A stretch of 27,608 bases of DNA. It comes from a virus. Its lineage: Duplodnaviria; Caudoviricetes. Below are positions 9,278-17,037 of the stretch, piece after piece; within the stretch, counting starts at the first letter, position 1, and every line of letters begins with the position of its first letter. A program made the position numbers and the translations under genes. The notes beneath the pieces are model-generated. The model ran no database searches, was not told where the DNA came from, and saw nothing but the letters and a program-made list of their open reading frames with translations. The stretch lies in IMG/VR virus record IMGVR_UViG_3300032281_000910, positions 1-27,608 of that record; one strand, 5' to 3'.

Positions 9278-9320
9278 TTTATATTATTGTTTTTGAAAAT
9301 TTAATAGGGTTGACCTAATA

Positions 9321-9328
9321 ATAAATAT
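9321..9328 (-). promoter_or_regulatory. ATATTTAT putative late promoter
   Basis: 43 nt upstream of the sheath ATG (9277). Confidence 0.65.
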
Positions 9329-9356
9329 CAAAAAACCAATATAAACCGCAGAGCTA

Positions 9357-9623
9357 TTATTGGACAGCTGTGATTTCTCCGTTTTCAGGGTTTATTGCAC
9401 CTTCACCATATTTTACTTGAAGAGCTTTGGTGATTTCTAATTCTTTCTGTTCAATTGTTTTAAGATCAGATACTAAACCTTTTTTAGCTTCAACTAATTT
9501 TTCAATTTGCTCGTGAAACACGATTAATTGTGCTTCAGCCGCGCCAATTTCAAATATGGTTTGGTTGTACTTTGATTGTAAGTCTTTAATTGACTGTAAT
9601 TCTTCTGGAGTTAATTGTGCCAT
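9357..9623 (-). CDS. Small coiled-coil protein (paralog of 9854..10114)
   Basis: 88 aa, heptad-like; QLTPEELQ...KYGEGAINPENGEIT. Confidence 0.75.
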   Translation of the reverse strand: MAQLTPEELQSIKDLQSKYNQTIFEIGAAEAQLIVFHEQIEKLVEAKKGLVSDLKTIEQKELEITKALQVKYGEGAINPENGEITAVQ

Positions 9624-9627
9624 AACA

Positions 9628-9861
9628 TTATTTTTCCCATTTAGCTAATGGGCAAGCTTTAGGGCCTTCAACAGGCGAAAATACTTTTTTAGATAGTGGA
9701 CATCCACATTCACCACAGATAAACGAAGCAATAGCAGCTACATATGATTTTTTATCACATGTATCGCATACAGATGATCTGTATTCTGCTGTAGCTTTTT
9801 GTTCAGGTGTGGGGTTAGCCGCAGCTACCCACGCCTGAAATATTTCTGAAATTTTATTCAT
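9628..9861 (-). CDS. Small Cys-rich, putative metal-binding protein
   Basis: 77 aa with CDTC...CGECGCP...CPLAKW (6 Cys). Overlaps the upstream gene by 8 nt. Confidence 0.75.
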   Translation of the reverse strand: MNKISEIFQAWVAAANPTPEQKATAEYRSSVCDTCDKKSYVAAIASFICGECGCPLSKKVFSPVEGPKACPLAKWEK

Positions 9862-10114
9862 TGGTAATAATACCTGTGTTTATATCAATAGAACCTTCAC
9901 CATACTTAATGTTAAGTCGGTTCATAAACTCTTGTTCTTGAACTAGTGAATTTTTGTAAGAATCCAATAACATTTGTTTTCTAATTTGGTTTTCACCCAA
10001 CGCGAATGTAATGCTATTAGCTTGCGACTTAATGGTATTAAGCTGCTGTAATTCTTCAGGAGTAAGTTGAACTGTCGGCTTTGTTTCTGCTGTTAGTTTT
10101 GTTTCTTTACTCAT
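9854..10114 (-). CDS. Small coiled-coil protein (paralog of 9357..9623)
   Basis: 86 aa; QLTPEELQ...KYGEGSIDINTGIIT. Confidence 0.75.
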   Translation of the reverse strand: MSKETKLTAETKPTVQLTPEELQQLNTIKSQANSITFALGENQIRKQMLLDSYKNSLVQEQEFMNRLNIKYGEGSIDINTGIITNE

Positions 10115-10117
10115 AAA

Positions 10118-10357
10118 TTATTTCTTACTTGTTTTTTTAGGAGCATTTGTTTTAGCTTTAGGAGCTACTGCTTTTTGAGCTTTTGGAGCTTTAGCAATTT
10201 TTTCTTGTGCTTCTTCAACCACTTCTTTTACTTCCGCAACGACTGGTGTAAATGTTTCTTCAATTTTTTCAATAGTTCCGGCGATTTTCGATTTGTTGTT
10301 TTTGATAACTAAAGCAACTACTACAGCTATCACAACGATTGTAATGAATAATAACAT
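10118..10357 (-). CDS. Small membrane-anchored protein with Lys/Ala/Pro-rich tail
   Basis: N-terminal hydrophobic helix MLLFITIVVIAVVVALVI, acidic middle, basic KAPKAQKAVAPKAK tail. Confidence 0.75.
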   Translation of the reverse strand: MLLFITIVVIAVVVALVIKNNKSKIAGTIEKIEETFTPVVAEVKEVVEEAQEKIAKAPKAQKAVAPKAKTNAPKKTSKK

Positions 10358-10378
10358 ATTTTATTTTATTTGTTTGAT

Positions 10379-10386
10379 ATAAATAT
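10379..10386 (-). promoter_or_regulatory. ATATTTAT putative late promoter
   Basis: 21 nt upstream of the ATG at 10357, right after a terminator. Confidence 0.65.
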
Positions 10387-10390
10387 ATAC

Positions 10391-10432
10391 AAAAAATAGG
10401 AAACAACCAAATTTCTTTGGCCATTTCCTATT
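10391..10432 (-). terminator. Rho-independent terminator after the 1,865-aa gene
   Basis: Sense AATAGGAAATGGCCAAA-GAAA-TTTGGTTGTTTCCTATT then TTTT: 17-bp stem (three G-U), GAAA tetraloop. Confidence 0.85.
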
Positions 10433-10453
10433 CTTATTTTTATTTTTTAAAAA

Positions 10454-13400
10454 TTATGCTTGTGATTCGTTCCATGTTAAACGAGAACCAGCTTGGAATG
10501 GAGAGGATGAGTTAATACCTTGTGTATCAATTACACCCACCGCTACTGTGATTAAATCCGGTCCGTTAGGGAACGTAGTGTCACCACCTAATATACTGTT
10601 ACCCATATCTATCAAACCATCCAAACTAAAGTTTGATGTAGCTGATAAACGTTTACCTGTTGCATCTGTAGTACCACCTGCGGCTCTGAACTGGAATACT
10701 TTAGTACCACCAACTATTCTATCGCCTGAGTTATGTCTAACTAATTGTGATAATGATGGTTTTTGTACGTTTTCAAAAGCTACGTTACTTGAATCACCAT
10801 TAAGTATTAAGAATACTTCACAATCGTGTGTTAAAATCAAACCAACTTCTTTCAATATTAATTGCATTCTGTTAATAATCTCTCTAGCACCTAAGTTACC
10901 TGTTAAACCAGAATCGGCTGATGGTGCTAAACGAGTACTAATCAATGGAATTAAGTCAACACCCAATTTAACATCTGAAGTACCTTGTGTTTGGGTACCA
11001 ATGTTTACTGAGCTTCCACTAACTACATAAGGAGCATTATATGGATAATTCCATCCATCTTGAACGAATATATAAACATAGAATACACCAGAACCATATT
11101 CGGTATATGATACCTCATTACCATCTAATGCACCATTTGAGGTAAATAATTTAGTACCTACAGCAAATTTATCAGCATCACTAGTATTAAATGGAATTTG
11201 TACATACCAATCATATGTTCTCTTAGTGTAATTATATTGTACTGTTACTTGTGAGTTATCTGTTGTTGATCCTGTTGCTGCTTGACCATTAGTAAATGTT
11301 AATGTTTTAGAAGATGCTGTGAATTTGTAAGCACCATCATCATCGTATTTACCATCCATAATAACGGATGTACCCCAATGGAATAAACTTGGTACATAAG
11401 AAGGAGTACCCGTATTTTCAATTTCATAACGAGCAGGTAAGTTACCTGATCTCATGTATGCTTCAGTCAATCTATTGTTGTGTACAATTTGATTACAATA
11501 TATAACATGGCCATCTCTATCTTTAAATCCAAAACGGATTTTACCAGCACCATACCAAGAATAGTCCATGTAAGCCATTTGGATCTTTGATATATCCAAA
11601 TTGTATCCTGAAGGTCCAGTACCATCACATTTATCTAAATTCCATTGTGTTTGTGGTATTCTTACTTCTTCTGTTTTTGTAATTATAATACCATTAGCTG
11701 AGATACCTTTATATTGAGGATTTACAATTAATTCTGTATTGCTCTTTATTTTAGTAACTTTATATGTAGTACCTCTTAATACAATTCTATCACCAATACT
11801 TAATTGACCTGTAAAGTTTGTATTTGTACCTGTAATAACATTTGAATTAAATACAGCTGCTGCTGTACCTGATATTTGAGTTGTACTACTTCTTCTTACA
11901 CAGTTTATTGTATTACCATCGTACTCATAGAAGAAACCATTTTGATTATCAAACATACCAGCTCTAAGTACACTATTTGACCAAGAACTAACACGCCATG
12001 TTATTAAACCACTAGGCACTGAAGTTGTTGGTGAAGATGTTAAAGTATAAGTAAATGTAAAATCATCTGCTGTTGTTTGTACTTCAAAAGTACCATTATA
12101 TGCCTGATCAACAGAATTTTCAACTACAATAGTATCCCCTACTTGAATTCTATGTGGGTATTTGTTTGTAATTGTTGCTGTTAATCCATTTGAGTTTACT
12201 GTTTCACTTAATCTTGGAGGATTAAAGTTAATCGCTAAAGATGTTTGAATACCTTTACCTGATTGATAACGGAAATATTTACGAGTTTGTCTAATGATTT
12301 GAGAGTTTGGAGCAGTACCTGCTTGAATCTCAACACCACCATCAAATGGTCTATGGAATGTAGCACCATCTGGTCTAGCATAAAACAATGTAGATACAAA
12401 GTATTTAGAAGCAGAAGCTTGGAAAGTTATAGGAGTAGTTACAGTCATATTATTATCATCAGCAATTGATGCTACTGTATAATCGTATAATGTTCCTGGG
12501 GTTGATCCTGTTACTGTTGTGTTGTCTTTAAGAGTAACTGTGTCACCTATTTTAAAGTATCTTTTAAATAATGTATCAACATCTCCTACTATAGCATAAC
12601 TACCTGTTGATGTTGATATTGTACCTTTTCCTGGTACTCTACCATTAACAAAATTTGCAATTAATGTGTGAGTATTATTTGTACTACCACTAATTTCTAT
12701 TTTTTGATTTGATAAAGCATCCGCAGATGAAGTTGCTAAAGAAATTGTATTTTCATCTTTAATAATAGCATAATATGTACTTCCACTTGTTAAAGGATAA
12801 ACTACACTACCACTACCACCACCATATGTTAATGGAGAGGCAGGAGATAAATTATGCTCTGTAAGAGTAATATAAGAAGAACCCGAATCTACACTAGATG
12901 AAGCATTAAAAGTTAAAGCTCTATTTTGTGCTTTAAATGGTAGTTTAATAACAAGACTCTTTTCAGTAGGAACACTTGTAACAGTATAAGCACCATCAGC
13001 AGCACCATATGCTTGAGATGTTATCTCAAACGATAATGTTGGTTCACCTGATGATGATAAGTTAAATCTTGTGCCATTAGATGCATTTAATGCAAATCTA
13101 TTATTATTAATAACAACAGCTGATGTGGTGTCGCCACTTGCTAAGTTTGGTTTTTCAAAATTAGTAGTAAAATCACTAACTAAACCATCTAACATATTAT
13201 AGAAATCAGTATCGGTGAAGCTTGTTCTTGATTGAGGTAATAAGAAACTACAGTTAAACTTAATATATTTCTTCATAGGACCATAAGTGTAACCATAATA
13301 AGCATAGCTATAAACAAGTTGGCTAAATCTATTAAGCCCTGATGTAGAATCCCAGTCAGTTTCATTGATTAAAAATACTTCATATGTTACAAATCCTTTT

Positions 13401-16051
13401 GTTGATCCATTATTTGGACATGAAGCGTTTACAAATCCAGCACTATACCATCCATTACCATGATTTCTTTGAGTCCAGTTTGTTACTAAATTAGGATAAT
13501 AAACCCAATTCGTATATTTTGCCATATAGAAATCATTATAGTTAGATGACTTGCTATTTGAATATAAAAAACTATAATGGTTAATTGTTGTTCCTTGTTC
13601 AAATTTAGTACCTATCATTGAGAATCCTTTACCCACCACACCTGTATTAGTACCTACGTCTTTAACATTCACGCCATCTAAACCTATACTATTCCAGTTA
13701 CCTACATATCCTCCAAATTGAGGATCATACATGTAAGGATCATACCAGCTAGGATACCATACTGATGTAGCACCATAACTACCTGTTGTACCATCTTCAA
13801 ATGGAGTTGATTGGCTATATCCATCCATTCGTAATGTTGAGCCAGAAGCCGCTACATAAGTATCCATATAAGCACTCATAATATTCCATGCTTGCTTTAA
13901 GTTACCTGTATTAACACTAGAATCAGGAACAATAGAGCCTGTAAATACTACAGGAACAGTTCCTGTTATTTTTAAAGCATCACCATTTACTAAACTATGA
14001 TTTGCAATATAGAAAGAATCGGCTGTTTGGTTTGCAGCAGTTCCACTAAATATATAAGAACCGGAAGCATCCATCATTCTTATTGTATTACCATTTGCTG
14101 GGGATTGGAGATTATTAAGTGAATCTACTAATCTAAATCTATCAGGTGATAAAACATCAACTGAATAGCTTGCTGCTTGTAATGTTTCTCTAGCATTATT
14201 ATCATAATAACTTATATTTTTAGAATATGTTGGTAAAGAACCACTAGCTAATGAAAAGGCAACAATATCTCCTGAATTAAATCCATGGCTAGGAATATAG
14301 AAAGAATCTCTTTCATTATCTTCTGATAAAAATATATAATAAAGTCTATCGGTAGATGCATTAGCACCATTAAAATATTGAGTACCACTACCATAATAAT
14401 CAAATTGATTTACATAATTATGGCGCCATGTACCATCACCAGGTAAATAACCATAGTTATATATTGGAGCATTACTGTAAAAAGTATAATTTTTATATCT
14501 ATTAAAATCTTCAATAAAATTAAAATTACCTGGAGATTGAGTTGATTCACTCATTATCATTTCACCAAGAAAAGCAGTGGTATAAACTCCTTGCGCTATT
14601 ACACTTTGAATATTAGATCCATTAGGAGAGAAATACATACCCCAATCACCACGTGATTGGCCAATTCCGTAGTTTTGACCAAAATTGCTTAAATAATAAG
14701 TATTATCTGATAAATCCCAACCAGAACGATTATTATCTCCGTTATATGCTCTTGGAGTATAAAAATAAGTCTGATAATCGTAGGGATTTTTAAAGGCATA
14801 AACAATTTCATAACATAATGACAATTGTGCTCTACCACGAGTGTATGTTCCTGTGGTAGTAAAATCTATTGCTGATCCACCTTGTGTTAATGATAATTGA
14901 ATTGTGTTTGTTCCTTTATTTACAATATAGTAAACTTGAAATCTTTGCAATCCACCAATTTCATCATCGCCTGCTGATGGAGTATATAATAAACAGTCAT
15001 TATTTTTTAAATTATGAGCTGTCCAAGTAATTGTATTTGATCCAGTACTAACAGCAGAAGCTACAAATTTTAAAGCATATGTGCTTTTCATTTGTTTTGT
15101 TTCTGTAAAACTTGCTGTGTTTTCATAAGCTACATTCACTGTGTCTTCAAAATCTACATATGCTCTACCATCTGCTGCGCTTCCAGTTGTATCAGATAAT
15201 TCTAATACTTTAGGTGCAACGGAATTTACTAAATAGAAGTTAGATCCTGTAAGGAAACCATGTTCAGATGGTGTAGTAATTGTAATACTTGATGTTGCTG
15301 CTTGATCTGAAGTCATACCAACAGATGCATCAAATGGTACTTGAGAACCTGCGTAGAACTGACCTGGAGTAACAGTAGTATAAGTACCATTAATATCTTT
15401 AGTTTCAGTTTGTGTTGCTCTAGCAGTATAAACGAAAATATAATCTGTAGGTGTAGATGAGATTAAGTATTTACCTTCTGCAGTTTGAGAAGATAAACCT
15501 CTAACATCAATTGGTGTACCTTGAGCTAAACGGTGAGGATCACCTGTTGTTACTGTAATTTTATCTGATCCAGCTGTTGAAGCCATAGATAAAATTGTAT
15601 TGATACCTGTATCAGCTTCTGATACGTAATATGAAGGAATGTTGTTTGATAATTCTAATGTTTCCCACTTAGTTGATTGTAAACCATATTCAAAGTCAGT
15701 ATCGATTAAGTTCTGTGGGTTAGATACACGAATCTTATTTACCGGATCGATAAAAGTATCGGCTAAATATACTTCTGTATTATCGGATTCAATAAAGATT
15801 TGTAATTTACTACCTGTAGTAACTGAAGCTGATGCAAAGTTTGTAGCTAAAGTTAAAGCTGTTCGCTCAGTATATTCACTGAAAGACCAAGTAGTGTAAC
15901 CTGTAGCTGCGCCTCCAGCGAAGTTGTATAAAAGTGCATTTGTATTAACGTCTGTAATTATAAGAAAACGTTCTGGTCTGTAATTACCTTGAACGTATAC
16001 CGTATTACTAGCTACATCAATTGAATAATCGTTAATTAATTTTTTAGCCAT
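10454..16051 (-). CDS. Large multidomain virion structural protein (fibre/appendage)
   Basis: 1,865 aa, beta-rich. About 7 H-x-hydrophobic-xx-G(D) small barrel repeats (PHRLAQG, EHGFLTG, AHNLKNND, SHGFNSGD, NHSLVNGD, EHNLSPA, PHRIQVGD), a Tyr/Asn-rich centre, and motifs RVSNPQNLIDTDFEYG, RQTRKYFRYQSGKG and DYSWYGAGKIRFG that I recognise from large myovirus structural proteins. Confidence 0.75.
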   Translation of the reverse strand: MAKKLINDYSIDVASNTVYVQGNYRPERFLIITDVNTNALLYNFAGGAATGYTTWSFSEYTERTALTLATNFASASVTTGSKLQIFIESDNTEVYLADTFIDPVNKIRVSNPQNLIDTDFEYGLQSTKWETLELSNNIPSYYVSEADTGINTILSMASTAGSDKITVTTGDPHRLAQGTPIDVRGLSSQTAEGKYLISSTPTDYIFVYTARATQTETKDINGTYTTVTPGQFYAGSQVPFDASVGMTSDQAATSSITITTPSEHGFLTGSNFYLVNSVAPKVLELSDTTGSAADGRAYVDFEDTVNVAYENTASFTETKQMKSTYALKFVASAVSTGSNTITWTAHNLKNNDCLLYTPSAGDDEIGGLQRFQVYYIVNKGTNTIQLSLTQGGSAIDFTTTGTYTRGRAQLSLCYEIVYAFKNPYDYQTYFYTPRAYNGDNNRSGWDLSDNTYYLSNFGQNYGIGQSRGDWGMYFSPNGSNIQSVIAQGVYTTAFLGEMIMSESTQSPGNFNFIEDFNRYKNYTFYSNAPIYNYGYLPGDGTWRHNYVNQFDYYGSGTQYFNGANASTDRLYYIFLSEDNERDSFYIPSHGFNSGDIVAFSLASGSLPTYSKNISYYDNNARETLQAASYSVDVLSPDRFRLVDSLNNLQSPANGNTIRMMDASGSYIFSGTAANQTADSFYIANHSLVNGDALKITGTVPVVFTGSIVPDSSVNTGNLKQAWNIMSAYMDTYVAASGSTLRMDGYSQSTPFEDGTTGSYGATSVWYPSWYDPYMYDPQFGGYVGNWNSIGLDGVNVKDVGTNTGVVGKGFSMIGTKFEQGTTINHYSFLYSNSKSSNYNDFYMAKYTNWVYYPNLVTNWTQRNHGNGWYSAGFVNASCPNNGSTKGFVTYEVFLINETDWDSTSGLNRFSQLVYSYAYYGYTYGPMKKYIKFNCSFLLPQSRTSFTDTDFYNMLDGLVSDFTTNFEKPNLASGDTTSAVVINNNRFALNASNGTRFNLSSSGEPTLSFEITSQAYGAADGAYTVTSVPTEKSLVIKLPFKAQNRALTFNASSSVDSGSSYITLTEHNLSPASPLTYGGGSGSVVYPLTSGSTYYAIIKDENTISLATSSADALSNQKIEISGSTNNTHTLIANFVNGRVPGKGTISTSTGSYAIVGDVDTLFKRYFKIGDTVTLKDNTTVTGSTPGTLYDYTVASIADDNNMTVTTPITFQASASKYFVSTLFYARPDGATFHRPFDGGVEIQAGTAPNSQIIRQTRKYFRYQSGKGIQTSLAINFNPPRLSETVNSNGLTATITNKYPHRIQVGDTIVVENSVDQAYNGTFEVQTTADDFTFTYTLTSSPTTSVPSGLITWRVSSWSNSVLRAGMFDNQNGFFYEYDGNTINCVRRSSTTQISGTAAAVFNSNVITGTNTNFTGQLSIGDRIVLRGTTYKVTKIKSNTELIVNPQYKGISANGIIITKTEEVRIPQTQWNLDKCDGTGPSGYNLDISKIQMAYMDYSWYGAGKIRFGFKDRDGHVIYCNQIVHNNRLTEAYMRSGNLPARYEIENTGTPSYVPSLFHWGTSVIMDGKYDDDGAYKFTASSKTLTFTNGQAATGSTTDNSQVTVQYNYTKRTYDWYVQIPFNTSDADKFAVGTKLFTSNGALDGNEVSYTEYGSGVFYVYIFVQDGWNYPYNAPYVVSGSSVNIGTQTQGTSDVKLGVDLIPLISTRLAPSADSGLTGNLGAREIINRMQLILKEVGLILTHDCEVFLILNGDSSNVAFENVQKPSLSQLVRHNSGDRIVGGTKVFQFRAAGGTTDATGKRLSATSNFSLDGLIDMGNSILGGDTTFPNGPDLITVAVGVIDTQGINSSSPFQAGSRLTWNESQA

Positions 16052-16077
16052 TATTGTCTATATTTATTTGTTTTTTA

Positions 16078-16401
16078 TTATAATACTGTTGAAAATGCTA
16101 TTACCTGAGCTAATGATACGCCACCACCACCAGCGTTAGCCGCATATGATGCTGTTAGTGCGTTTGTAGCATATGATGATGTTACTGCATACGATGCAGA
16201 TAAAGCATATGATGAACTTACACCACCTCCACCATTAGCAGCAAATGATGCTGTTAAAGCGTAAGATGAACTTACACCTCCACCACCGTTCATAGCGAAT
16301 GATGCTGTTGTAGCATATGATGCAGTCATGAGCAAACTTCCGCTCATCGTTATGGTATTGCCCGAGAAGGGCTGTATGGAATTTACTCTTATTGTACTCA
16401 T
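16078..16401 (-). CDS. Short ASYA-repeat fibre linker/adaptor protein
   Basis: 107 aa: MSTIRVNSI N-terminus, (T/S)AS(Y/F)A repeats with poly-Gly hinges, hydrophobic C-terminus LAQVIAFSTVL. Confidence 0.7.
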   Translation of the reverse strand: MSTIRVNSIQPFSGNTITMSGSLLMTASYATTASFAMNGGGGVSSSYALTASFAANGGGGVSSSYALSASYAVTSSYATNALTASYAANAGGGGVSLAQVIAFSTVL

Positions 16402-16425
16402 TATAGGATTTTAGATTTATCCGGT

Positions 16426-16433
16426 ATAAATAT
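16426..16433 (-). promoter_or_regulatory. ATATTTAT putative late promoter
   Basis: 24 nt upstream of the ATG at 16401. Confidence 0.65.
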
Positions 16434-16442
16434 CGAAAACTA

Positions 16443-16637
16443 TTAGTAAGTCACCCCATCTTCTAATTGAGATGCCTTGTATTTGCGACCAGTTGTGTCT
16501 GCTGCTTGTAATTCTGCTGCTTTTACTTCGGTTTCCTCTAGCGTTTCGAATTCATAGATTGGATCTGTTGGTTCTAGACGAGCTACCCAGATTTGGTCGA
16601 GTCCTGGGATAAATTGCATTAATACGATGTATTTCAT
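16443..16637 (-). CDS. Hypothetical small acidic protein
   Basis: 64-aa ORF with ATG that fills the gap and has its own upstream motif. Confidence 0.7.
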   Translation of the reverse strand: MKYIVLMQFIPGLDQIWVARLEPTDPIYEFETLEETEVKAAELQAADTTGRKYKASQLEDGVTY

Positions 16638-16651
16638 TTGTTGTGTTTTAT

Positions 16652-16659
16652 ATAAATAT
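16652..16659 (-). promoter_or_regulatory. ATATTTAT putative late promoter
   Basis: 14 nt upstream of the ATG at 16637. Confidence 0.6.
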
Positions 16660-16665
16660 TTTTAA

Positions 16666-17025
16666 TTATTGAAATAGAGTTTCATCAACTTCCATTTCTC
16701 CTTTATTTATTTTTATTAGTTTTATTATAAAAGTTTCTAATACATCTGTTGGGGGTACTCCTCTTTTCATTATTGGGGGGAGTTCTTTTTTAAAATACCA
16801 ATATGTTGAAGGAGTATTCATTGGTGGGAAAGGAACAAAATGTTTTCTTACATCAATTCCATAAACTGGTACTCCTAAATTTTTTATAGTTTCTGAAGCT
16901 GATAGTAAAAACTGTAAACACATATCACAATCTTCTTCATAAAATAAGAAGCAATGAACTGTATCGTCATTATTTATAAATTCTGATAGTACTTGTTCTG
17001 CTTCGGTGTAACTGATTTTCAACAT
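16666..17025 (-). CDS. Thioredoxin-fold protein (CxxC)
   Basis: beta-strand HCFLFY, then EEDCDMC, a helix, VPVYGID, then TPSTYWY (cis-Pro position). 119 aa. Confidence 0.65.
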   Translation of the reverse strand: MLKISYTEAEQVLSEFINNDDTVHCFLFYEEDCDMCLQFLLSASETIKNLGVPVYGIDVRKHFVPFPPMNTPSTYWYFKKELPPIMKRGVPPTDVLETFIIKLIKINKGEMEVDETLFQ

Positions 17026-17037
17026 ATATTTTATTTT

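Noticed and set aside
9305-9317. TAGG-N5-CCTA hairpin in the sheath leader
   Set aside because: Only 4 bp, too weak to call, although this leader has the same 43-nt spacing as the hairpin-bearing MANEF leader.
16060-16067. ATATTTAT on the plus strand upstream of the 1,865-aa gene
   Set aside because: Opposite orientation to the other nine copies and only 8 nt from the ATG; probably chance in an A-rich leader.
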